IMG/VR virus record: IMGVR_UViG_3300033072_001201
Coordinates: 1 to 64,000 of that record
Length of the DNA stretch: 64,000 bases
Strand: one strand, 5' to 3'
From: a virus
Taxonomy: Duplodnaviria > Caudoviricetes
The notes beneath the pieces are model-generated. The model worked only from the letters and a program-made list of their open reading frames with translations. It searched no databases and was not told the origin of the DNA. Both the position numbers and the translations under genes were made by a program. Below are positions 54,434 through 63,867 of the stretch, piece by piece; position 1 is the first letter of the stretch; every line of letters starts with the position of its first letter.

Positions 54434-54901
54434 ATGGCCAAAAACGAAAAGAATAGCACCGCCACCAAGTCCGCCACCGCTTCTTCCCTTGCTCGCCTTG
54501 CCGAAATCAAGGCGAAACAGGAAGAGGCTCGTAAGCTCCTCGCCAGTCTGGCGCAGGAAGCCGAGAACGAGAGCAAGGCGATTAAGGAGGAGGTCGCCGA
54601 CAAGATTGCGACGCTACCCGAGCTTTTCGGCGTCGCCACTGTCGCCGATGTCCGGTCCCTGATTTCGGACTATCTCCGCGCCGCTTCCACGGGCAACTCG
54701 CCTCGCACGAAGTTTTCGGCCGAAACGAAGGCGAAGGCCATTGAGCTTTACAAAGCCGGTCGTAAGGCCGATGCCACCACCGAGGAACGTGTCGCCGGGC
54801 AACGTAGTGCGATCATGGAAACGATCGGATGCAGCGCCCCGACTCTCCAGAATTGGCTCGACGAAGCCGGACTTGTCAACAAGCGCAATGCCGTCGCCTG
54901 A
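54434..54901 (+). CDS. H-NS-analogue-like DNA-binding protein (coiled coil plus C-terminal HTH)
   Basis: Ala/Glu/Lys coiled coil; LPELFG; TKFSAETKAKAIEL..IGCSAPTLQNWL..AGLV. Confidence 0.75.
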   Translation: MAKNEKNSTATKSATASSLARLAEIKAKQEEARKLLASLAQEAENESKAIKEEVADKIATLPELFGVATVADVRSLISDYLRAASTGNSPRTKFSAETKAKAIELYKAGRKADATTEERVAGQRSAIMETIGCSAPTLQNWLDEAGLVNKRNAVA

Positions 54902-54971
54902 TTGGTCTCCTATTCGTGCCCTCATTCGTGAGGGCATTTTATAGCAGATTAACTAACACCCCCAAACACCC

Positions 54972-55067
54972 ATGAAGTCCCCTCGTTTTCTCGTTCAAGT
55001 TGCCGAAACCATCGTTTGCGCTGCGATTGGCGCATTGATCGGCTGGCTTGCTTCCCTTGCTCTCTAA
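54972..55067 (+). CDS. 31-aa single-TM peptide
   Basis: MKSPRFLVQVAETIVCAAIGALIGWLASLAL; C-rich leader. Confidence 0.65.
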   Translation: MKSPRFLVQVAETIVCAAIGALIGWLASLAL

Positions 55068-55086
55068 CAATCAATTTCCCCTCTTT

Positions 55087-55407
55087 ATGCTTTCCCTTTC
55101 TCCTACCCTCGCCAAACGGGTGGCAATTGCCCTAGAAACAGTTGCCCGCGCCCCCCTTGCTCCTATCGTCAACCGTGACACCCCGCGCAACTTGTCGGCC
55201 CTTCCGCCTTCTATTCGTGCGCTTCCTGTTGAATTGCAGGTTGCGGAATTGGCAAACATGCTGGCCGATGCCCGCGCTCAGCGAAACGACCGCAACGGAG
55301 TTGTGCAGGATTTGCGCAAACGCCTTATGTTTTCGGAGCAAGCTTGCGGACGCGCGTTGCGCGAACTCGACCACGCCAGACAACAAATCGAAACCCTTTC
55401 CCGCTAG
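55087..55407 (+). CDS. hypothetical coiled-coil protein (GC-rich codons)
   Basis: Start corrected; terminator follows. Confidence 0.7.
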   Translation: MLSLSPTLAKRVAIALETVARAPLAPIVNRDTPRNLSALPPSIRALPVELQVAELANMLADARAQRNDRNGVVQDLRKRLMFSEQACGRALRELDHARQQIETLSR

Positions 55408-55414
55408 TTTTATA

Positions 55415-55451
55415 AAACCCCCGGTTTTGCCTAATAAGCAAGCCGGGGTTT
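55415..55451 (+). terminator. intrinsic terminator
   Basis: AAACCCCCGG/CCGGGGTTT. Confidence 0.75.
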
Positions 55452-56454
55452 AACTTTGCCCATATAGTATCTATAAACTAATGACATATAACAAAGAGGG
55501 GATGGAATATATAGTAATCAACAATCTAATACATGCAATATAGGGTATTTACCCTAGAATGACACGTAGGTAATGGATCAATACGGACGTATGGAGAAAG
55601 TAGATATGTAACCATAAAACCAATATGCAATTTGTATTTATAGGGTGAATATGGATGTAGTTATAGGGTGTATACCCCTTTTACGAATTTTTTACAATTG
55701 GGTCGGCGGGGTTGCGGCGTGCATGGCCCTCCTCCACGCAACATCAATATTAAAATTAAATAACATTTTTTATTATACTTTTTCTGAATGATTCTTTGTA
55801 TTATTGGTATATCAAACTCATACCCATACCCCTTTTAAAAAATCCTAAAAATCTTTATAGAAAAATTCATAAAATTATTTAATAAAAATGGGGAATATCT
55901 TCTTATGTAAGATACAAACAACATTTATTTTAGAAAAGTTTTATTATTTATTCTAAAGAATCTTTTATTCCTTCTTTGTATCCTAATTATCTATCCCGAT
56001 ATCAAACCCAAATCTAAGAACATTTTTTATTCTTCTCCTTGTAGAATAATCTACCTATTCTTTATCTCTCTCTTACTATTTTAATACTATCCTTTGAAGG
56101 GGCATAGGGGTATTATTTATTGGAAAACTAATTTTTTATCAAAATAATTACTTCAAAAAAATAAAAATTTTTGAACTAAAAATTTAATTCAATTTCGTCT
56201 TTAATATTTTTAATAATATAAAGAGCCATTATAATAAAGAATAATACCATAAATAAAAAGATTTGTTTACTTACTCTCTCTATCCTAATCTTCTTTCGCC
56301 GAAACTCAAGCGCAAAATTGATTGGCGATTTATTTCGGCGGGAAACTCCTCGCCCGGCCGAATGTCATTTTCTGAAAATCTGGACGCGCCAAAATTCCGA
56401 AATAATTACTTAAAATTAAAAAATTTTCGGAAGAGATTTTTACAAAACCATTTT

Positions 56455-58383
56455 TTAAAATAATTGAAAATTAAAATCATTATCGAAAGCGTCAGAATCC
56501 GGTAAATTTAAACTATCGACATAAAGCTTGCAACACCAGTTAGCCAAAAATAATGCAGAATAACTATCCTTCCTCGCCCTATTAGGATTTTTATTCCGGC
56601 GAACACTAGACGGTAAATCATAAGAAACAGAACCTAATCTACTAACCGTTGGTTCTATTAGCGCACATTCTTTTTTTGTCTGATCCATCAGTAAATCTTG
56701 ATTTTGAATAAAATAATATTGATCGCCCGCGCTACTATTCTTGCCATCTTTATCGGTAAAAGTAGTAACGAATTCGGGATGAGTTTTATAAATATCCCCA
56801 ATGTTAATCATTTGGAGTTTTTCAACCAAATTGGGAACCGCGAGTGCTTTGCCCGCAAACAATAAATCACCGAAATCAAAACAAGCTTTCATGTACTCGT
56901 TTGCTGCTTTTTGGAAAGATGCATGAAAATATTGTTTTTGAACAATCCGCTTTGCGACTAAAGAATAAGAGTTCCTAACTTGCTTAGTTAAATCCTCAAA
57001 TCCTTCGCGGGTAGAATCCAATTCAATAGGTAGTAAATTAATATTTTTTAATTTAAATAATTCCGATTCATTACAAATATTAATAAAATCCATATTGTCA
57101 CCTTGGGAAGTATCGCAACCAATATAAACAATATTAAAGTTTCGGAGCAGGTAATAAAAATAATCTATATGATGTTTTAGTTCAACGCCCGCACAAGCAT
57201 ATTGATGAACTACCAGCCCAATTTTTTTATTATTTTTAGGATTAGTAATTATTTTTAATACGCACATCGCGAAATGGTCAGAACTTTCAGACGCTGACAT
57301 ATTAGGATCAATACCAAGAATATATTCTGCTGATGGGTCGCCCTTTATTTCGATTGTCGGAGTATTACCGTCTGGAATTGTGCATTCAGCCATTTTTTGC
57401 GCGGAGAAGTATCCATCAGAATTTTGAGTGAAGATTGCGCGATATTCTCTATCAATAACAGATTGCGGGATTTGACCAGAAGTTATTTCTTTTTCGATTG
57501 CTGGATCAAGAATTGTTTTCGGAATTGTTTCCCAAGATAATTGTTGGACTAAATAAGACGCCTCGCCAGTTGTGCCGCGTTCTGCCGAATCATAAATTTC
57601 TTGCAGATATTTTTTATATCTAGTAAAAAGAGACTCCCATTGATAAGAAGCAGATGACAAAATTATCATTTTCGACGTAGATTTACGTTTTCTTTTATCG
57701 AAGATAATACCTTTCTCTTCTAACTTTTTCTCTAATTCTGCTCTTTGCTGATTTTTTTCTACGTCAGAAGATGCGGCCAAGAATGGTTTAAGAACCATTT
57801 CAATAACATTTTCGGGAATAAGTAATCCTTCGTCAATAAAAAGGACATTACAACGTTGACCACGAAGTTTATTGGAATCGCCGAGAGGAACCGCTTTAAT
57901 CGTTGATCCATTTTTAAAATGAACAACACATTCATCTTGGCGGCGAACAATTTCTTTACTAAAAGTTTGTTTTAATAAGACTCCGCCCAAACTTGTTTCG
58001 CTTGGTTTCTTATCCGCCCATTCTTGAATCTTATCAACTATTGAACGACTTGAGCGGAAAGTGGCGGAGACTAAAAGAATTTTAGACTTGGGATAAAAAA
58101 TTGCATAAAGAATTGCAAATGCTGCCGCCATTGTACTTTTACCCCACCCACGCGAGGCGATGGTCATTATGAAATTATTATTAAACCAACCTTTTAAAAT
58201 TAATCGCTGTGTTGGCTCTAAAGAAACACCGGTGAGAATCTTAGTCGCAAACCCAATATTATATCTCAAAAATTCGCAAAGATATTTTCGTGCCTCTTCT
58301 TCTTCAAGTTCGCCGTTGATGGCTAATAGACGTTTATTAACGTCTTCTAATTCTGTTTCTGATTTGACGCCTTCGATTATCAT
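56455..58383 (-). CDS. terL: terminase large subunit
   Basis: Walker A ASRGWGKST; Walker B LFIDE; coupling motif ILSSA; nuclease ILGID; KDSYSA. Confidence 0.92.
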   Translation of the reverse strand: MIIEGVKSETELEDVNKRLLAINGELEEEEARKYLCEFLRYNIGFATKILTGVSLEPTQRLILKGWFNNNFIMTIASRGWGKSTMAAAFAILYAIFYPKSKILLVSATFRSSRSIVDKIQEWADKKPSETSLGGVLLKQTFSKEIVRRQDECVVHFKNGSTIKAVPLGDSNKLRGQRCNVLFIDEGLLIPENVIEMVLKPFLAASSDVEKNQQRAELEKKLEEKGIIFDKRKRKSTSKMIILSSASYQWESLFTRYKKYLQEIYDSAERGTTGEASYLVQQLSWETIPKTILDPAIEKEITSGQIPQSVIDREYRAIFTQNSDGYFSAQKMAECTIPDGNTPTIEIKGDPSAEYILGIDPNMSASESSDHFAMCVLKIITNPKNNKKIGLVVHQYACAGVELKHHIDYFYYLLRNFNIVYIGCDTSQGDNMDFINICNESELFKLKNINLLPIELDSTREGFEDLTKQVRNSYSLVAKRIVQKQYFHASFQKAANEYMKACFDFGDLLFAGKALAVPNLVEKLQMINIGDIYKTHPEFVTTFTDKDGKNSSAGDQYYFIQNQDLLMDQTKKECALIEPTVSRLGSVSYDLPSSVRRNKNPNRARKDSYSALFLANWCCKLYVDSLNLPDSDAFDNDFNFQLF

Positions 58384-58400
58384 ATTTAAAAGTAATTATA

Positions 58401-59333
58401 TTATTTTAATTCTCCCTTTTCCCAATAATATTGTAAATCAAGATTTTTAACCTGTGCTCCCAGCGCAAAAATAGAAAGTAATATTTTAGATGCATCAATT
58501 CGCCCATCCACAAAAAGACATTGTAGATTGTTTGGATATTTTGTCAATAATTCGCGCAGGCGCTTAAAGATAAAAGAGGGTTTGGCTTTGGCATGGCGCA
58601 TATAAGGGAGATAATCAAAACTTAATGCGGAATTAATATCTTCCTCTACCATTATTACTATATAACTATCTAGTTGAATGGCTCTCTCGATTTCGCGTTG
58701 GAATCTGTCATAACCAGAAGAAAGCGTTGAACAAAAATCGTTTAAACTTTTCCTCTCGACAAAAATATTATTCGTCGAATCCTTTAATCCATAATCCCCG
58801 ACTTTTAAAGTTCCGTGCTCTGTCGCGCAACTTAGCCGCAATTCTTTTTGCTCACGATTATCAATAATAATAGTTGGATTATTAAGTTTATTATAAACTA
58901 ACTCAACGTCATATTTATATCTTGTTTTATATCCCAACTCCTCGCATATTTTGTTATAACCGCCATTAGATTCAAAATAGGGGACGGAAGGACAAAATAG
59001 AGAACGGAGTTCTGTTTGAGATGGGGAATAAATTAATTGTTTGTCGGTCTTGCGGTTAAAAAGATAATTTTTACTCCATTCCAATCCCTTGTCTGGAAAA
59101 TTTTTAATATATCGCTTTAAATTATTTTTATTCAAAAAGTCAGATGTAAAATATTGATCAATATCTTTATAGATAATCTTCTCTCCCGTCAATAAATCTT
59201 TGCGCGGGAAGTATTCCTCAAAATAATCAGATTGCTTAATCTTGAAACGTTTTAAATGCGCTTTTAACTCGTCAATTGTTTTAAAGTCTTCTCCGCCAAA
59301 GAAATTTTGAAATATATTTTTAGGTAAACTCAT
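58401..59333 (-). CDS. ERCC4/XPF-type nuclease-domain protein
   Basis: IIIDNREQ, LKVGDY, VERKSLNDF. Confidence 0.85.
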   Translation of the reverse strand: MSLPKNIFQNFFGGEDFKTIDELKAHLKRFKIKQSDYFEEYFPRKDLLTGEKIIYKDIDQYFTSDFLNKNNLKRYIKNFPDKGLEWSKNYLFNRKTDKQLIYSPSQTELRSLFCPSVPYFESNGGYNKICEELGYKTRYKYDVELVYNKLNNPTIIIDNREQKELRLSCATEHGTLKVGDYGLKDSTNNIFVERKSLNDFCSTLSSGYDRFQREIERAIQLDSYIVIMVEEDINSALSFDYLPYMRHAKAKPSFIFKRLRELLTKYPNNLQCLFVDGRIDASKILLSIFALGAQVKNLDLQYYWEKGELK

Positions 59334-59902
59334 TTTCTTTTCATTAAAAACATTGTATGGCGTGTTTTACCAAAACCGTTCAATTGATATTTTTCTTTAA
59401 TGTAAAATTTTCTAAAAATATATTCTGTCAAAAGTTTATCGCAATTCGCAACACCGTTTTCTATAAAAATTAATTTATCCCCTTGATACCTTTGAATTGC
59501 TTCATAAAAATCTTGTGAATTAAGGGGTGGGTGACTGATAAATAAACAATTTGTTTTAATCAACTCTATTGCTTTTTGGGCTGATGATTGATATATTGAA
59601 CAAAATGCCGCTTCATTGTTTAAAATATCAGACGGAAAAATTTTAATTTTCTGTTCTTTTAGATACGCCGCCCAAAGGCCAAGGCCAGAACCTAGTTCTA
59701 AAACAATATCGTTGTGGATAAAGTATTTGAGTTTTTGAATCAGAAAATTATTTGGAATCTCCTCGCCGAATTTAGACATGAACTCTTTTTTCGCGGCGAT
59801 TTCGTCATTTATTACTCGGAATCCTTGGGTTTTTATTTTAGCAAAACTGTCGATTTTTGGCAGATTTTGAGTTAAAAAGAAGGTATTTTGGTTAAAATTC
59901 AT
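59330..59902 (-). CDS. class I SAM methyltransferase
   Basis: VLELGSGLGLWA; LFISHPP. Confidence 0.8.
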   Translation of the reverse strand: MNFNQNTFFLTQNLPKIDSFAKIKTQGFRVINDEIAAKKEFMSKFGEEIPNNFLIQKLKYFIHNDIVLELGSGLGLWAAYLKEQKIKIFPSDILNNEAAFCSIYQSSAQKAIELIKTNCLFISHPPLNSQDFYEAIQRYQGDKLIFIENGVANCDKLLTEYIFRKFYIKEKYQLNGFGKTRHTMFLMKRK

Positions 59903-59980
59903 TAATTTTGGTTTGTTTTATATCTTAAATTACTAATTTTACTATGTTTTTATGTTAAATCTTAAACTAAGTCAATCAAA

Positions 59981-61090
59981 TTATCGCATTAAGTCCTTAA
60001 TACTCATCCCAGCAATTAATGCAACAACTTGATCCATATTATTAAGTTTATCTATTTCTACTGCATCAGCTTTTTTCTCTAACTCCGCAATTTCTATTAA
60101 TTCTTTACGATCTTTTTCTTTTTGAAATGCTTCAACAAGATTAAGAATAGATGCATTTTGGTCTAGCCTGTTTTTCAGACGAATTGAACGAGATTCTGTT
60201 AGTTCGGCTAGTAGTTTTTTTTGTCGTTCTTTTGAAGCTTCCCATTTGCCGCGAGCAGCATTGATAAGCTCTACCATTGACATTGACATTTTTTTCTTTT
60301 CGTTATCATCACCAGATAACCATTCATTGATATTAGTATCAAGTTTTTGAATCGTTCGTTCAATTTGCGCGGTGTTAACAATTTCAGAGCAAAGACCAAT
60401 ATATTGATGAATTTCTTCGGCCGTAAGATCAGGTTTATCATGACAAAATCGCATAAAGTTACCTTCAAACAAATCGCGGTCTACTTTTTTCTCATATTGC
60501 GTGGCTTGGTAAACAAAGGTTGGCGATCTAACATAACCCATTAGTTGTTTTAAGCATTTTTCTTCATATGTTTTAAGACTTTGAATATTATAAAGAGTAG
60601 TGTCTGTTGCCCCCGTTGGCATATATTCATTTACACGCCCAATTAAATGGTTCATACTTTGGGGCGGACGATAATCTTTAGCATCAACGACTTCTTCATT
60701 TTTATCGAAATCTTCCGGGCTAAGACTTTTTATATATGCGGCAATTGCGCGAAATTCGCTACTAAGTGGAGCAAGATTATGATTTTGAAAAACCATTCGC
60801 GTTATTTCGAGCGGTTTAATATTATTATTATAATTCGTTTCGATAAAATCTTTTTGCTCTTGGGTTAAAACTATTGGACCTTTTACGATTTTTTGAACCC
60901 TAATCATCTGCATATTATTAGATACCAGATAATCTTTTACTGCCTTCCCGCGAAGAGATCGCATATCGGCCTTCGGGTCGTTCCAAGTTTGTTTGGATAA
61001 TTCATTTAATTCTAATTTTTCAAAGTTATCATTGATAAACTTTTTTTGTTCTTCAGAAAGAACATCTTTAGGTTTTTCGTTTGGAATCAT
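59981..61090 (-). CDS. hypothetical protein with two HTH-like units and a coiled-coil C-terminus
   Basis: LSEEQKKFI / LTQEQKDFI repeats. Confidence 0.85.
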   Translation of the reverse strand: MIPNEKPKDVLSEEQKKFINDNFEKLELNELSKQTWNDPKADMRSLRGKAVKDYLVSNNMQMIRVQKIVKGPIVLTQEQKDFIETNYNNNIKPLEITRMVFQNHNLAPLSSEFRAIAAYIKSLSPEDFDKNEEVVDAKDYRPPQSMNHLIGRVNEYMPTGATDTTLYNIQSLKTYEEKCLKQLMGYVRSPTFVYQATQYEKKVDRDLFEGNFMRFCHDKPDLTAEEIHQYIGLCSEIVNTAQIERTIQKLDTNINEWLSGDDNEKKKMSMSMVELINAARGKWEASKERQKKLLAELTESRSIRLKNRLDQNASILNLVEAFQKEKDRKELIEIAELEKKADAVEIDKLNNMDQVVALIAGMSIKDLMR

Positions 61091-61773
61091 GCTAGTCCCT
61101 CGTCAATAATAATTTCTCGCGATAGATTTATAAATTTTCGTTTAAGCTTTAAAAGTTCTTGATACCCCGGAATATGACTACTCGGTAAAAGTTTAAAATT
61201 CATTTTTTTACCAATATATTCTAATGATTTATGATCTATAAACATCATTTTATAGATTTTATAGTCACGAATTGATAAAGATTCTTTTAACCTGTCATCT
61301 ATCACTTGTTTTGAAAAATCAACGCTCGCCCCATCCGATTCAATATTATAAGTTTCGTTAGAATGATCTTCTAGTGATAACGATGTTATCATATTGAATT
61401 GCTGCTGTTTTTTAACTGTCCATTTTTTATAAAGTGGACATTCAGAACATTGTTTTCTACTCTGTGTAAAAGAGCAATCGTCATTTCCAAGATTATAAAC
61501 ACAACCCGCAATACAAGGACGGCTATATTTGGAGAAATTATCGCGAATTAGATTATTTAGGGCATTAGTGATTAACTTATTTAACCAATGTTCAAATGGT
61601 CCTTTCGCGGTGGAATATTTGTCAAATTTAGTCCAAACGCGCAAAATGAGAATTTGCGATACATCTTCCCATTCCAAAGACGGAATATTCCAAGAGTATT
61701 TGCGTTTTCCAATATTTGATTTAATTATTGGTAAAACCTTAACAAACTCTTGTTGTTTTATATGGTTTTCCAA
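61087..61773 (-). CDS. phage sigma70-family sigma factor with a Cys-rich insert
   Basis: Region 2 WEDVSQ..F..WL....N...N..R; region 4 HTH SLEYIGKKM. Confidence 0.8.
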   Translation of the reverse strand: MENHIKQQEFVKVLPIIKSNIGKRKYSWNIPSLEWEDVSQILILRVWTKFDKYSTAKGPFEHWLNKLITNALNNLIRDNFSKYSRPCIAGCVYNLGNDDCSFTQSRKQCSECPLYKKWTVKKQQQFNMITSLSLEDHSNETYNIESDGASVDFSKQVIDDRLKESLSIRDYKIYKMMFIDHKSLEYIGKKMNFKLLPSSHIPGYQELLKLKRKFINLSREIIIDEGLA

Positions 61774-61778
61774 GATAA

Positions 61779-62126
61779 TTAAGATTTTTGCTCTTTAGTA
61801 TCTTGTCCGATAACTTTATCTAACGATACTCGAAATTCTGGAATATCTGATACTGTAACATCCGATTGATTAAGAGTACGGACTAGATTCGCCTTAATTT
61901 GGTCAACTAGATTAAGATCAATATCTTCTGATTCTTCAAAATTGGAAAGCTGGCGATTTTGGTCAACGTAGACTTGCGAGGCTGGCGAGTAAGTTGTTGG
62001 GGCGGAGGTTTTCGCGACAGATTTCAGTGCAGCGTTAAGTTCTTTCCCACATTTTGGACATTTTTCGGGAGCTTTTAGCTCGAAAGTGATCTTATTTCCG
62101 CAATTTGAACAAAATTTAATAGGCAT
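61779..62126 (-). CDS. Zn-ribbon protein
   Basis: FCSNCG..CPKCG. Confidence 0.8.
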   Translation of the reverse strand: MPIKFCSNCGNKITFELKAPEKCPKCGKELNAALKSVAKTSAPTTYSPASQVYVDQNRQLSNFEESEDIDLNLVDQIKANLVRTLNQSDVTVSDIPEFRVSLDKVIGQDTKEQKS

Positions 62127-62215
62127 AATAGTAAAAAAATAAAAAATAGTGTACTCTCTAATAGATTATACAAGATAGTACACTAAAAATCAACAGATTA
62201 TTAATTTTTTTGCAA

Positions 62216-62776
62216 TTATGTTGGGATTTCTGTTATTGTCCCCATTTTTTCTGATAGATAATGAATATCAAACTCCAATAAAACTATTGCGCTGGTATCC
62301 GTGTCCGCCGAATCAGAAGACGCCAATCTAGAAATGCGCCAAACAAGTATGGCAGATTCTCTTAATCCAGTCATAGTTATTGGATTAAAAGGAAAAAGTT
62401 CACCTGTTTTAACATTTTGTGGATTTGCTACTGTTATAGTACCGCCGTCAGTATAAACTCCATAATTATTTGCAAAATCGCTAGAACCATTGGCCACATC
62501 GTATTCTAATTTCCAGCGGGAATTAGCGGATCGCGAAGTTGGAAATCTAAGATGCAAATGCGGGCGAATTGCTGATCCCGGTTGCCAAGAATGCGGCATT
62601 TGAGCTACACCACAAATAACATTATCAGCAGTTCCGGAAAATTCTAATAATCCAGTTGTTTGGCTTCTTGTTGGATCTGAAGCTGCACCGGGTGGATTAA
62701 TCCCCTGAGATGGAAAACGTAAATCATCCCAGCGTTGGAAAAAACTATTAAAATTGTTGATTATAATGCCACTCAT
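62216..62776 (-). CDS. probable virion structural protein
   Basis: WDDLRFP..QMPHSW.PGS.IRPHLH, a pattern recurrent in phage structural regions. Confidence 0.7.
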   Translation of the reverse strand: MSGIIINNFNSFFQRWDDLRFPSQGINPPGAASDPTRSQTTGLLEFSGTADNVICGVAQMPHSWQPGSAIRPHLHLRFPTSRSANSRWKLEYDVANGSSDFANNYGVYTDGGTITVANPQNVKTGELFPFNPITMTGLRESAILVWRISRLASSDSADTDTSAIVLLEFDIHYLSEKMGTITEIPT

Positions 62777-62784
62777 TAAAATAA

Positions 62785-63867
62785 TTATTTAAGATTAAGT
62801 TCTTTAAGTTTTTTTTCGACTTCTTGTTCTAGCTCAGGCGAGTCTTTGAACCAGTCGAGTAATTTGTCCTTTAATTCTGTTTTGTAAACTTCGGGATTTG
62901 AATATTTCATTTCTTGCACTGCACCTACAGAACAATCTGCAATTTTCTTTTCTTTATCGTATTCTTTTTTATCAACTGCGCCAAGGCCGTGGAATAGATT
63001 TGGGATACTCCCGAAAATTAGTTTGATAATTCCTCCAACAAAACTTCCGATCCCTTTAATTATTACCTGTAAAACATTTACGCCGGGGAAGAATATAGAA
63101 GCTAGTTTAAGAACAATACTAAAAATTGCTATAATTATAATCCAAACGAAGATTGAGCTAAAAAATTTAGATAAATGAGTGAAGGGGTTCAGACGTACAT
63201 ACCATTTATTTTGTTTGTCAAACTCTTTCGCTTTTTCGGCATTAATATTATTTATTTGGTCTTCTTTTTCTTTTAAACTATTTTGTTTTTCAATAATCGC
63301 GCCGTCTTTTTCTTTTATTTTTTCATCCCTTTTCGCTAATTCTTGTTCTTTTTCTTTATTTATAACTTGAATGTCTGTTTTTAGCTTATCTTCGTTTTGT
63401 TTTAATCCAGAAATTTCGGCGTGGAGTTGTTCTATCGTTTTATCCCCTTCCGCAATCTGATTCGCTTGATCTGATATTAGATCATTTTGAGTATCTATCG
63501 CTGCTAATAAATGTTTAGTAGTAACTTTATCTTGAATGGCTTCTTTAGTTATTTCCAAGCCCTTAATTCCAGCATTAGTATATTTTGTTTTTTTAGGCTC
63601 GGCGTTAAGAGTTCCCAAAACCGCTATTGCCTGCGCTCCACCGACCGAAACTCTATTAGATTCGGAATTTTGAATATCTGTTTGCTTAGCTTTTATAGCA
63701 TCATTATATTTTTGCTCTAAATCGTTTTTTTCTTTAATTAATTGTTGTTGTTGAGTTTGGAGAGTGGCTATTTCTTTTTTTTGTTTTTCGAATGTAGAAT
63801 TTTTAGCTGGAATTAAGGTGCATCCAGAAAGAAAAAGAAAAAATAAGATTATTATAAATTTTTTCAT
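62785..63867 (-). CDS. lipoprotein with coiled coil and inner-membrane helices (unimolecular-spanin-like)
   Basis: Lipobox FLSGC at residues 12-16; long coiled coil; hydrophobic block IFVWIIIIAIFSIVLKLASIFF. Confidence 0.75.
   Translation of the reverse strand: MKKFIIILFFLFLSGCTLIPAKNSTFEKQKKEIATLQTQQQQLIKEKNDLEQKYNDAIKAKQTDIQNSESNRVSVGGAQAIAVLGTLNAEPKKTKYTNAGIKGLEITKEAIQDKVTTKHLLAAIDTQNDLISDQANQIAEGDKTIEQLHAEISGLKQNEDKLKTDIQVINKEKEQELAKRDEKIKEKDGAIIEKQNSLKEKEDQINNINAEKAKEFDKQNKWYVRLNPFTHLSKFFSSIFVWIIIIAIFSIVLKLASIFFPGVNVLQVIIKGIGSFVGGIIKLIFGSIPNLFHGLGAVDKKEYDKEKKIADCSVGAVQEMKYSNPEVYKTELKDKLLDWFKDSPELEQEVEKKLKELNLK

Noticed and set aside
56455-58383. Intein or intron in terL
   Set aside because: The frame is continuous at normal length, with no C...HN/C splice motifs seen.
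4968-63720. Many short antisense or alternate-frame ORFs in the track (for example 4968, 6713, 15391, 21524, 27957, 43035, 57759, 63179)
   Set aside because: They are nested within well-supported genes, with F/I/L-rich composition typical of antisense reading of AT-rich DNA.
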